DNA of 64,000 nt from Ascidiella aspersa. Taxonomy: Eukaryota. Numbering within the stretch: the first letter of the stretch is position 1; every line of letters starts with the position of its first letter. Both the position numbers and the translations under genes were made by a program. The notes beneath the pieces are model-generated. The model saw only the letters and a program-made list of their open reading frames with translations. It did not search any database and was not told where the DNA came from. Below are positions 39,201-52,399 of the stretch, in pieces. The DNA lies in the NCBI GenBank assembly GCA_963924565.1, contig OZ004612.1, positions 23,560,001 through 23,624,000 on the forward strand. The letters are read 5' to 3'.

Positions 39201-39360
39201 TAACCATGATTATATTTCTTTCCGGTTTTCTCAAGTCTTGATTTGTATGGTGCAGGCCAACCCAAAATTATAAATTTTAATAAGTTCATTAATATTTCTA
39301 GGTGTCTTAATGTCTTAATTGTATGTTTCTGCTAAACAACCACTGGTTAAAATTTTCAAA

Positions 39361-42300
39361 ATGGCCTCCTGTCCAAATTCAACATTTCCGATTGGCAGCG
39401 GCAATGGATCAATACCAGCACCAATGACACATTCTGTTCCCGGCAATGTCAAGCTCAGTTTAACCGTCTTCTACCTTGCCATGTATTTTGGCTTGTTCAT
39501 TGGAGTTTACATTCAGCTTTGGCTTATCCTTTTGTACAACTACAAAAGGTTTAGCTTTCAAACAGTCTTTCTTTTTCTGTGTGCATTTTGGAGCGCACTC
39601 CGGGCGACTCTTTTCTCATTTTATTTCAACGATACTATCATTGCAAACGAGCTACCGGTATTTGCAAATTGGTTGTTGTACTGCTTCCCGGTTTGTTTGC
39701 AGTTCTTCACATTGTGTTTGCTCAACTTGTATTTTGCTCAGGTTTGTTGAATTGTGTTACACTTACATAACATTCCTATATAATTATATATGATTGCCTT
39801 GCAAACAGCAAAAACAAAACCCATTTTAATTGTTTTAATGCTACTTAACTGTAACAACAACTAGCTGTTTATCCAAATAGAACCACAAAGGGTATAAAAA
39901 GAATCTTTAGTACTATAGTTATGCTAAAATGCATCGTCAGTTCTAGTTAAACCTGCAAATATATTAGAATAAATGACTAGCAGTGTTGGAATGGGCCTTT
40001 TTCCCAATACAAACATTAATAATAATAATAATAACATTAGCATTTTATCAACATTAGCTATTTATATTATAATTGTTACTTTCATGCTTAACATACATAG
40101 TTGTTTTTAAAAGAAAGCACATTTACCCATAACTTTTATGAATAGTTGTTACCGAACACAATTCTATACTGCTATAATTTATTTAGGTGATGTTCAAAGC
40201 AAAGCCGAAGTATGCTGCCAACCCAAACAATTATATGTAAGTTTATGTTGTATTATTTTTATTTCTTCTACCTTTTTACCAGGATACAAAGCATTTAAAA
40301 GTCTTTTAATGTTCAATGAGCTATGAACAGTAAATTCAATCGAATAGGAGGTAATAGTTTTTTGTGAATAAAATAATGGCTAATGCATTTATAAAAGCAA
40401 CATAGAAACTAACTAAAATTCACTTCAAAACTGAATTGACTTTGGCTTGCTGATTAAACTGTTGATTCTTAGATTGGTAGATTACATTGCTGTTTGGCAG
40501 CAACGAATATGTTCTAGTAACTAGTTATGGCAACTCGTTAAATGTGAAAAATAAACAGAGCTTCTATATAAGAAAATTGTTCTGCAATGCTTGGGACCTT
40601 AATAGCGCATCAGTCTTCGTTTTATAAATACTGAAAGTGTCTGCTATTATTAAGTGTAACCCAACCCTTAGGCTGGTAAAGAATCGTTGCAAGATTATTA
40701 TTTTGTTAATTTGTAAAAACTGCAAGTTTTCCATGTGGTTATTGGTACACTGAGTCAATTACGTTTAGTAAAGCCATTTAGCTTAATAAAATATACCACC
40801 ATCTGGCATAAGTTCTCAACTATACTAGGGCTATCCCAACTGAGCCAAGCAAACTCAGTGGTAATATGGCAGAATGCTGGCGACTTTGGGTTTATGTTTG
40901 CCGAAGAATCAGACAGACAATCGATGGTTATAAAAATTTTGTTTAAAGTTTGATTTTACACCTGGACAAGTTATAAACATCGCAGTGGTTGTTTGTAGAA
41001 GTACTCAATCTTATAAAATTTATAGCAAAAATTGAAAAATTTCATACTAGAATTTGCGGAATTACTTTCTATTCTGAAAAAAGTTACTTAAGTGACACAT
41101 TGTTTAGTGGGAAAAATGTAGTGCTAGTGAATAGTGATGTATTGTTTTCTGGTCCAATAGTTAACTACATGGCTATTTTAGTAATGGTGGCCCTGTGAAC
41201 TGCAAATTGTTTTATCTTTGAATTAAAAACAGTACATGTTGTCTTTTATCCACTTGTGTGTTATTTTCTTCTCAGAGATGGTGTACTTTGTAAATATGTT
41301 ATTTCTTTATTGTTTATCTACTTGGGTTAGTAGGTGTCATTCATTATTTTTATTGTCAAGTAGGAAGTAATTAAATATTCCACCTACGTCCTACACACAT
41401 TTTATAAATGTAAATGCTCACATTACAATAAATCGTTTCAATATGCTTTATAAACACATGCTCCTAAAGTTGCTTGCTAATCTGGAAATCTTGTTTATTC
41501 CTTATTTCAACGCAAGAAATATATCTGATTATTGATTTTTATATTTGCCAATATTTCACTTCTGGTGATATATCAGTATTTGTAAATGTTGGCCAGTGTT
41601 TTACTATGAAAATAATATGCTATCTAGTTGTTCATAAAAACAAACAACTTTTCTATTTGTATGCCAAAAAAATATTTAACCTTAATGTCAAGTTACCATG
41701 CACAATAGGAGTTTAAATAATATATTGGTAGTTAAAAGGGAATGGTATTTTCAAAAAAAAAAAAAAAAAAAAAAAATCAGGTATAGGTATCAGTCCAAAA
41801 AATTGATATAGTTTGTCTGTACTATATAAAGATTTCTCACATGTTTATATAAAATCAATTTAAAAAATACAAAATCATTGTTTTTATTTTACCTAGCTAT
41901 CCTCTACGAGCGTTTTGTATAACTTCTATCATCATATTTTTGGGAATGAACATTAGTTGTGCAATGATTGTTGAGCTGGTAAGTGTAATTATTGCTTATT
42001 TAAAACCTTAATACTGGCTTATAAGCTTAATGCGCTAATGCAAGGATTAGAAATATACAAATAATAAGGTAATTCCCAAACAAGAAGATGTCTGGTTGGC
42101 GACATTTCTTCGACAACTAGTGATACAACAAACAGTTTTCTTGTCCACCTATGTCTTTTAACAAGGAAAACAAATTTAACTACTAAACTCTTTTTCTCTC
42201 TTCATGTTATTCCAAATTCATAATGTCTATTTGCTTAATATTGCACTGCAATTGAGAAAATACAACCCAATGTTCTATCATACCATCAAACAAGCTCTTC

Positions 42301-45300
42301 AGGTTTTAATTTTAACAGAATCATATTTATTATTTTATAGGAAAAAGAAAGACCAAATGTAAATCTTGTGCGAGGAATTGTTGTTGCCAGAGTGCTGATA
42401 AACGACATGCTATTTGTGATCTGTGCAACATCACTTGCCTACTGTATTTTCAAAATATCAAAAACTACTTCTGCAAATGTTTTGCTGGAATCAAAGGTAA
42501 ATACCACATTGCAAACCCTGGTTTTGCACGGTACATAATACATTTATTTTAAGTTGACTCAGTAACTAGAATTTTAAGTTAGTGAGTAGGACCTTGATTG
42601 TCAAACTCTTTTACCTTGCGGCATACTTTTCACAAAACAAAGTATATATTTTTGCAATGGAAGGGCAATACCTAAATGCCGTAATATTCCCATTTTTTTT
42701 ATTAAGCAAAGTTTTAAAAACCACCAAATGTTATGGGACAAATTTGACAAAGCGTCAAAAGTTTAAGATATAAGCATGACTTTTTTAGTATGCATTTCGT
42801 CCAAAATGTTTTAGCAGTGCTGTAATTAAACCAGGTAATTTGTTTTGAAAAAAAACAGTGACAAAATAACTTTTTTATAAGCTGTCTTGAAAGTGTAAAT
42901 ATGGCAACAATGCTTCTATAGGTTCAATTATTACAAGTGGTTCATGCTTTTGTTTTTAATTTAACAATTTATTTTATTCAGGGAACTACAGTTTGTCAAG
43001 CTGTTTCCGTTGGCATTCTCATAGTGTTGCTCTACACCTCAAGGGCGATATACAACCTGCTTGCAATCAGTCCTCTCAGATGCGAACAGTTGTCGTCCTT
43101 TAACTTTAACTGGTACAATGTATCAGACCAGGTGAGTGCCATAGACTGCTAAGAAAATTGCTCGACCTTCATCGCGTACAAATTCGATTTGAGCATTAGC
43201 ATCTTCAGAAGTTCGAGATTTAAAAATTTTTTATGAAATTTAAGCAAAAAAAATTTTCAGTTTGTGTAGATTAACAACTACTGGGAATATATTTATCCAT
43301 AATTTAGCAAAATAGTTTAATTAAATAAATAATTCTACTGCTGATTGCTGTAAAATGTAAATTCCATCTTAATTTCTTGCTTGAAGGCTGATTTGGTGAA
43401 CTTAAGTGATGATATGAACTACGTTATATTTGGAATTGTCTTATTTATTTGGGAGCTTCTACCTACTGGACTTACAATTTTCTTCTTTCGGGTAAAGAAA
43501 AGCGCTCAATCAGTGGTAAGTGTGAGTGTGACTGCTATAACTAAATACATTATTGTTTTCAGAAAAGCTTTTTTGTATATTTAAACAGATAATCTTGACA
43601 ATTTTATCTTAATGTGTTGAAAGTTTTGTAAAATAGAAATAGAATTTCATTCAAACCTTAATATGGAGGTACTTTTTTGTGTATGTATATTGTATAACTA
43701 TACTGATTTACTTTTTTTTTTCTAAAAAATTTTTATTTTTTATTTTTATATTTATGTCACATTGTAATGGCACAACCTTCTTTAATAACCATTTTTACAA
43801 AAACCTATATTGTATAGTAAAATTGTTTAACAGCTTCAATTATAAAAACATAACATAATATCAATTCTTGCGAAACATAGCTATTTAACATGTTCAATAA
43901 CTCCTTATTTATAGTGCAACTGATGTTTTACAGCAAACCGCTATTAATGCAATCACGCCAAATGGTTACAGCACCAGAGTGTACTTCTTTGACAATCCCC
44001 ATCGCTATGATAGTGATGAAGATGCTTCATCGAGCAGAACTAACTCAAAGTAGGTTTTTAAAAAAGCTTAAATACAATTATGAAACTCAAAAATCAAAAC
44101 GAATATCAAAAGAAAGTATGAAACGATTCTGAGTTGTTTTATTAGGAAAAATATTACTTCCTGTCTAAAAAAGAATATATGAATTGTAAGAATATATGAA
44201 TTGGTAACGATTAGGGATGCTCAAAGTAGAATATCGAATCCTTGAATTCGAATCCAGATGAGATTCGAATCCAATTCTGCCATTTATTTCGGGTAATTGG
44301 AACCGATATAATTTAATGTTTTACCGCGGATTGTTTCGCTTAATTGCACAAACGCTTGTGGTAAGTTGGCCTGTCGCTGCGGTGACCAATTTATAGTCCT
44401 TGGTTTAAATGTAACCTCGTAGTGCAGTGTCAGCGTTTTTTCGGGCGTCTCGCGATAACGTTCGTCTAATAATTAAGTGTCAATCAAGCGTTATTGGGCG
44501 AGCGGCTAACGTGTAATGTCAGGTGTGGAGTTCGCAATTTCCCTAAATGTGTTACGTTGCAAAAGTAACATAGCGTTGCAAAACGTGCTGGCCGTCCACA
44601 AAATGCGCTATGGGGTTACTTCAGGTCAACTTTAGGCCAATATTCAGGGAAGTTATGCAGTTATGCACAACGTAATTGTCAAGAATTCGTTATGTCAATA
44701 ATAACTTTGTATTCTTTGCAGTACATCATTTGACTGCATAACAGATCATGTTAGTCAAAAAAGAAGCAATAAGACTTAACAATGCTTTCAAAATCAGGAC
44801 CGAATTGCTTAAGACTTCTGTGTGGAGTGTTGCATTTTCTCACTATTGGCAAAAATATAAGTTTTGGACACAACCTGGACAGTTGACATATTACAGTTTA
44901 CAGAACGGCTTCAGATGCCAGTTGTTAAGAATGTTAAACATATGAGAGAGTTTTTTAATTATAATGTACACATGTTAAAAAATTGTTTGGGAAATTTATT
45001 GCTGTGATTGTGGGCCTTGTAGGGTAGATTAAGATTAATCCCTTCCCCAAACAAAATCGAGGTTAAATAATTTAATAAAAATATACTAGGATTCGCTATT
45101 CTGGATTCGTTATTCTAGATTCGAAACCTATTATTCTAGAATACCTTGGGATTCTACTTTGAACATCCCTAGTAACGATTAACTTACAATTGCCAACCCG
45201 AAACACTAGTAGCTAACAAATCAAACAGTTGGGAGTGACTGTAAACTTCGGAAAACACAAACTGTTCGACATATTTGAGGTACTTATCATAAAACAATTA

Positions 45301-45936
45301 CCAAATTCAAGCAAAATGTTTGCATGACGCAGGGCTGACAGTCAGACTCGGCGCAGTGGATTTGTGTCGGACTCAGGACTTGTGTAAGACCTCACAAAAC
45401 TACCAGAGTCCCGAGTCCGGCATGCGCATACACAATTGCACAGTCCAATTTTAAAACTGATGTTGCCACCAACTGTAAATTGTAAAGGCCGAATAGCATA
45501 TGGTGGATATTTTCCAATAACACATTGTGAATGGATGAATTGTATGCCGTCCCTATGATGAGATTGCTGAAAATCCACCTTAATTAAGTTTCGTAAATGG
45601 GTGAAATAAAGGCTGTAGCCAGTCGGACTCTTAACTTGACAAATTCGCACATTTGGCCGGAGTTGGACTCAGGTTTACTTTATTGGTTGAAGTTAGACGT
45701 TATTTTTAACCGACGACTAAACAGACCTGGCGAGACATAACATAAAGTTTTATTTAACTTATCTAGTAGAATTGGGGAATTTGTACTTGTTATACCTGTA
45801 TTTGATGCATTCTTGTTTTAGTTTCCTTCACACCAATCCTCAGCACTTTTCTGCCGTCAGCAATTCGCGAAGAAGTCCAAGGCCATCGGTGTCGCCAGGA
45901 CGACGAGTCACTCACTCTACGCCACCAGCAGAATAA
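39361..45936 (+). CDS. GPR137: Integral membrane protein GPR137/GPR137B (lysosomal 7TM, TM7SF1 family), ~392 aa
   Basis: Exons: 39361-39741, 40187-40236, 41897-41978, 42341-42496, 42982-43131, 43387-43515, 43934-44049, 45822-45936; GT-AG and phases consistent. Family signatures: QLWLILLYNYKRFSFQTVFLFLC, WLLYCFPVCLQFFTLCLLNLYFAQV, RVLINDMLF, YTSRAIYNL, WYNVSDQADL, WELLPT, YFFDNPHRYDSDED. Confidence 0.95.
44212..45171. mobile_element. ~960-bp non-autonomous hAT-like element, copy 2 (in the last GPR137 intron)
   Basis: Same TIR as 33411-34383 with exact 8-bp TSD GTAACGAT. Confidence 0.93.
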
Positions 45937-47466
45937 AAACTATTCTCAGACCCGATGTCTCACATAGTACTTACTACTTATTATTTTCTACCATGTTATA
46001 AAATGTGCAATATCGCACTGAATCAGCGTTCCATTTTTTGATACTGCATAAAATTGAAACATAATTGTTTTGTGGAAATTGCTTGCCAAACTATTGATTA
46101 TTATTTCTTGGCAGAAATTATTCAGCATTGATTTTATAGTGTTTATTACATCGCAACATTCACCTCTATGATTCAGAGTCTCCGATTCCACAGACCTGTT
46201 TTACATTCGTCTTCGTATCTAAACTGGCTGGTTGTAAACCACTTAATGTGGCTGGACAATTTTCTACCCCATGCTTTTCCACCTTCATGATTTACAGTGG
46301 CTTTATTAAATCCAAACTTGCTAGTGCCATGCACACAACAGACTCAGGACATGAATTGGCTGACTCGAGTATTAAACCAGACAAATAAACCTGGCTCGTT
46401 GAATGCTACTCAACAGCACTGAATTCAGTGGCATTAAAATTGTATTATTCTGCCAAAAGGGAATATTAGATTGTTCATTGAATTCTATAAATATACTATT
46501 TGAAGTTTTGACTTCTTTAGTGGAAACTAAAATGCAAAAATTTATATATATTACATCAGTCCATAACAAGCAGTCATAGGGTATTGGAATACTTCCGAAT
46601 CAGGAACTTCATACAAAGTTACCTTGCAATTACTTTTTTGTGTAAAAATGTTCATTGTTGCAAATTGTTACTGTTCGTTATTAAACAGCATGTTATATAC
46701 TGTGATATGTTTAAAAATGAAATCCAATACATATAATTGTATCATTAATGTGTTTAATTTGTGGTATTTCGAGGGACCATATAAAATGTCACTTTTTCGT
46801 AAAAAAGTTTAAACAAAACAAAAGTGTGTAACATATGATCTGCACCTCTGTTAAGATTAGTCACTGTCAGTGTATAACGTTGTTCTGGCTTGCATTTTGA
46901 CTTATTGTGATGCAAATTTCATTTAAAGAAATTCTACTGGCATCCTTTGTAGTTAAATTAAAATTTGCATAGGTACTATCTATTATAAGGATTGGCCATA
47001 TAATGCTTTTTGTAATTGCTTTGATGCTACTTATAAATTGTGCATTTTAAGGAAGTGCATCAACATTTAAATTTGGCTCGCCATTTGAAACTGTTGCACA
47101 TGCCTCCTGCAAACAGTGGATTTTTATTTTAAACAAAAAACATAACAGGTAGAAAAGTAAGGAACATAGATGAATAATGTTTCATAAATTTGGAGATTGG
47201 TCCAACAAATACACAGTGATGACGTTTTTAAAACTTATAAAAAAATCGTTTGAAGGTAGGAACAGCCGTATAAAATTTGCATAGTTTAACCTTTTTGGGA
47301 ATATGCTGTTAGTTTTGCAATATAAATAAATTGTTCTCCTAAATACAGCAATGTAATTGGCAAGGTAAAGCTAACGATAACAATACAGATTATTTAAAAA
47401 AGTAACAACATTGCAAGTTGTGATTGCTGCATTTAGAATTAACAAACAAAATAAAATGAATAAACT

Positions 47467-50142
47467 CTACAGTGACAATAGTAGGTTCAGAAAAAATTGA
47501 ATTTTCATTTGGTTTACAGCAGTTCCGAAATGTGTTCCATCTATGCTCCATACACCAGTTGTCAAGTTACGAAAATCAAGAGTCCTTATGTTGTTTGTTT
47601 TACAATATTCATTTATATCTGTCACAAACTGATCAATATCTTGATCATCTCCGTGATATTTTATGTATTCTGGCGGCTTGAATATTCCTGACTTGAGTGT
47701 ATGTACCCAGATTAACTGAGAAAAGTAATATTCCAAGTTAATAAACATAACTGAAAAAAAGTTTGATGTAAAACCTAAAACCTGTTTGTGTTTTTATAGA
47801 ATTGCTCATTGTATATATATTAACATTTCTCAAAGTGCATATTGTCTGCAAATAATTAATTCCTATGCCGCCTATGTAGTTTGAACAGAGAATTTTAACT
47901 TCATACATATGATCACTGTGGATTAAAATGTGCAAAAAAATAATCTAGGCAAATTTCAATCGTTTACCTTTGGCCAGGAATGATCCTTTAACTCTTTAAT
48001 TGCTGGTTGCAAGTAAGATTTAATAACAAGTTTTGAATTGTAGCTGTCATGGATGCCAATGCCCACCAACAAATAAGATCCATCAATGTCTAAGTAGGCT
48101 TTCAATAGTAGTTGCAGTTCTGTACCAAATTTGGCCAACCAATACATTTCCAAATACACTTTCAAGTCTAATTGACCATTGCAAATTCCAGGTTTTGGAA
48201 GATTCTTGCTAGATGTAGCCAGGCCATATGTCAGACAGTTGTTATCCATTATCTGCAATAGACAGTGAGTATTTTTAAATAAATCTAAATCTGTAGAACG
48301 TCATAAAGGCATGCTTTCTAGGAATTCAGACTTTCAGAGATTTTAGTATTTTCCACATATTTATTTTGGTGAAAAGAATCCATATTTCCATTTAATCTAT
48401 CATAATAATTGACTTGCAAAACTTCACTTACTTGCATGTGACCAGCACAAAGTTTGCGAATTGAGGGCGGTACACATGTTTGTAAACTGCCATTGAGATA
48501 GTTATCTGTGAGCATTTGTAAAAACACTGAATACATGTTCCGCATCAAAGAGTTGCCGACAAAGCCAACAGACCTCACGTGTTTGGCAGCAAGAAGTTGG
48601 CAGGCACTTGATTGGTCAAATTTAACATATGAACATCTGCAGAGCATTTCAATTCAGGTAACAAGAGAAGTATTTACAACTAATAACAGGCCTTTACAAA
48701 ACAGCAGTATAAGGAGACAACTTGCATATATGTACTGATATTGTAACAAGTGATTATTATGGTGAGTAGACAACACAAAAAGTAAACAGATTGCTGTGAG
48801 TTCACAAATATTTAAGTATATATCATTTCAAATTTAAGACATTTTTAAGTTAATAGAGAGTTACCTTGAATCTAATGGTTTCCACTCTGATAGTTCAGCA
48901 TGCACATAACTTGCGAGGTTAATGCCGCTGTTTGGCAAACAAATATCTGCGGAAACGCATTTTCCTTTCAATGCACTTGTGCAACATGGAGAAAGGCCAT
49001 TTGGATTACACCAGGCTGACTGGTAAGTTTTCACCAAATTGCATACTGAGGATTCTGCAGGTACTTCAAACCCACATTGCATGTCATCTCGCACATATTT
49101 GCTGTTATACCCTTAAAAGAAAGTTAAAAATCTAATACACTGAAACAAAAACAAAAAAAGGTAGTCCTATGTTTAAATAGCAAAATATATAGAGTCAGTA
49201 AATTGTAGTATAGAAAAAAAGAATAACGCTCAACTAAAATTTAGGGGGAGGTTTATGCAGCCATTACTTTTTTGTATCCTTTCCTGTAAGCATTTCAATA
49301 CAGCTTTAGAATTTGCCTTTGTCGTAGACATACAAAACTCCAGATTGCTTATGATTTGCCATTAAAATTACCAATACTTACCTAACACATTAACTCTATA
49401 GTTCTGCAAAAAAGAATCCATTTCACGTCTTTGACCAGATCGAATATGCATCTTTTCTATCCATATTCCTGCTGTCAAATTAGTCAGAATATTTTCACAG
49501 GACAGTTTCTTAATTTCATCGCTCGTAGAGAACAGGAACTCTTTGTAAAAAGAACATGCTTGTTTTGGGGTTTCTTTAAAATATACATAATACCCATTTA
49601 CCATGGTTTACAGTTTTACACAAAAAGTTACTTAAACAAAGTTATGTAAATTGGAGGTTTCTTCACAGTAAAATATTAAACCAAGTCTTGTAGGAGGAAA
49701 AGGTCTAATGTATGCATTTTCATTTTAAGTTTAAAACAAACATTGATATAATAAATGCCCTAAACCACTTACATCCACATAACCAAAATGTTTTATATAA
49801 CCAGTTATTTATTACTTTGAAATCAATGATCTATATTAGTAATAAAAGGCTTAAGATAAATCAGTTGGAACTTACCCATGCACCATGCATGACATGAATT
49901 CTAAATTCTCCCCACAAGTAAAGTATATATAATACATACAATAATATCAATGTTACAATACCACTTTTTTTAGGAAGACTTTTAAAGCAAGTTCTTTCTT
50001 CTTCTACGACAAGAGCTTGAACCGGGATGTTTACACATGTGACATGCAACCAGTGAACAATGATTTTTGTGAATAGAAACAAGGTAACACATACTGTTGG
50101 TATGATTACAAATTTGTATCGCTTTGCACGATAGAAGAACAT
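47467..50142 (-). CDS. Type II membrane protein (~452 aa) with a Cys-rich hevein-like module and an SGNH/PC-esterase-type (TBL/NXPE/CASD1-like) domain; putative O-acyltransferase/esterase
   Basis: Exons (minus): 50142-49962 (MFFYRAKRYK plus TM), 49573-49382, 49111-48865 (CG...CNPNGLSPCCTS...GKC...W.P..C), 48636-48432 (VGFVGNSLMRNMY), 48252-47968 (LVGIGIHD), 47715-47467 (SIDGTHF...TAG). Phases join over 1359 nt. A 5' UTR intron is likely at 50242-50320. Confidence 0.78.
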
Positions 50143-50789
50143 TGTGTAAAATCCTTCTTCATTACCATTTGATAAAAGAAAACATCTGTATAAATTGAAA
50201 ATACCCTTATTATTAGCATATAATTCTGTTAGGGGGCTTAACTGCAAATAATATGTAATCCTATTTATTGCATATAAATATTTTCAAGGTTTAAACATTT
50301 TTTTTGAAAAAATATTTTACCTTCCCCGTTTATTGCTTGTTGATCTATTTAAATATAAATTTAGTTTATTTTTATTTATCGGAAACATTAACAAACGGTT
50401 AGATTTTTCGGTAGGCCTGCTGTCATTTCAAGAAATGAACCAAAATTATTCAATAAATTCCGGACTATATTAAACTTTCAACTTGAATGTTTTTATTGTT
50501 TAACATTTGTATACCTCGAATTAAAATTTTGTTCTCTTCCCTGTTTTAAAGTAAAACCGATATCAAAATTTGTTGTTTTTGACGCTTAGCTTCTGCAGCA
50601 ACGGGTTGACTTGAAACGGTTGGTTGACCCAACACACTTGAAAATTGTCCGACCATGACGTTATCCAAAGCATTTAAAATTTAATCTAAATGCTGATCTG
50701 TGCTCTATAAAAGGTTATATAACTGAACGCATGGAAACAAGGTAAGCGGGGCTGGACATCGGTTTCTTGCCTTGAGTCGGATTAAGGTG

Positions 50790-51181
50790 TAGAGGTTTGG
50801 ACTTTTGAACTACGACCCAGCAGCTCTGTTATTTCGGTGAACAGCTTGTCTGGTTGGATCGCCCATTCATTCTGGCCGGCTGTGACGTCGAATGTCCGAA
50901 TTTCCTTCGTCGCCAAATCGTACTGTTATGAAATATAATTAACGCCATCGCATTTTATACCAAAAATCAGCAGTCCCTACAGTTCAATTTCGGAGTCCAG
51001 ATCGCGTACGTTACACGGAGGTTAAGTATCATACGTATATCGTAATTACCTGTAAGTACTGTTTGTCGTTTGTTTATTTGCAATAAATATTCTTTTATTG
51101 TGGCTGCGCCCCACAAAGGCGACTCGAGGCTGTGAGTCCAGTCCCGCAGTAGCAAGTTTGGAACCGACATGACCGTATCCT
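50790..51181 (-). other. Possible exons of a small unidentified gene
   Basis: Two GC-richer blocks with acceptor tgtacag (~51181), donor ACAG|gtaatt (~51050) and acceptor ttcataacag (~50922). More than one frame is open and no family is recognised. Confidence 0.3.
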
Positions 51182-51814
51182 GTACATCGTAATGTAAAAA
51201 TAATAACCCACGTTATGCGGGTGGTAAGTTTTAGGTCTATGACATCCAGTGACGTGCGGTGACGCTACTAGATGGTGAGGCACTAATTTTTTCAAGCCAC
51301 GCTTTTCTTTAACAATCACAAAAACGGTATCGTACTAATAAAGATAAAAAAATTAGCGGCATGCTTTCACGTTTATTACAAAAATGAAAACAAGAAACAG
51401 GGAAAGTATAAAAGGCGATTTTTTTAAAGCACAGCCACTGGTAGCGTAGCCAGCCAAAAATTTAGGGAGGTGGGGTCTGGGCAAAAGCGATTTTGAACGC
51501 TTGGTATGAATAACGCAAAATAAATTGGAAACAATAACGCTTTAGGTATAGAAGTGTAAAATTTGCGGGAGAAGGAGTATGGACTACAGGAATCCATTAA
51601 AGCACCCAAAAACATGCACTGTGTAGGCCTACTGTACTTTAGCAAATAATATAAATTATGTGATAAACATCTCTTTAATATACGTTTTGCTTTGCCAGAT
51701 GTTGGCAGGTGAAGCACTGCCTCACCTGCCTCCCCTGACCACACGTCCCTGATGACATCCCCCGTAAATGGATTGCTGTACGGTACACTACAGTGTACAC
51801 CCACCCTATTTAAC

Positions 51815-52399
51815 TTTTCCGGTTCAGGTTCGATTCGGGTTCAGGGATTTTTTTGGAATCCGGTTCAGTTCTGGTTTCGGTTCAAAGGAATTTAAAAGTT
51901 CTGGTTCAGGTCCGGTTCAAGCATCGCTATTTCAAAACCGGTTCGTAAAGTTCCGGTTCAGATACAATATAATTTGCGTTAAATCTCAGAATGTGGGTCG
52001 ACAAATATAGAGGTTAATCTTTGAATTGTAGGCCTAAGTCATTTAATCTAAGTTACGTGACTTATTAAAAAAACAGCAACTGAATATTGAAATATCTAAA
52101 AAAAAACAATGAACGATTTTTTTTATTTATTATTCATGTTTTTTTCATAACATTTCGAACATGGCGTAACTTGACTCTGTAAAATAGAAGTTGTGACGTC
52201 ATACAGGAGCGAATCGCTTTTGTTTACAGGTTCGGGTTCGGGTTCGGTTAAGGTTCAGGTACTTTCAAACTATTCGGTTCAGTTCCGGTTCGGTTCCTTA
52301 AAATCTTATAACAAACGGTTCAGGTTCCGTTACGGTTCGAAAAAAATTGACCTAAATCCGGTTCATAAAGCTCCGGTACGGTTCTGGTTCGACTCCCTG
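51815..52399. mobile_element. MITE with GGTTC(A/G) repeat arms, left end truncated
   Basis: Two clusters of ggttc repeats ending in ttcgactccctg, a hAT-like terminus. Confidence 0.65.

Noticed and set aside
49861-49961. Second hydrophobic segment in ORF 49861-50247
   Set aside because: Read-through into an AT-rich intron. The phase-1 donor at 49962 joins the next exon in frame, although alternative use is not excluded.
51160-51181. GYGH peptide resembling a K+ channel pore motif
   Set aside because: No flanking TT(I/V) sequence, pore helix or TM segments.
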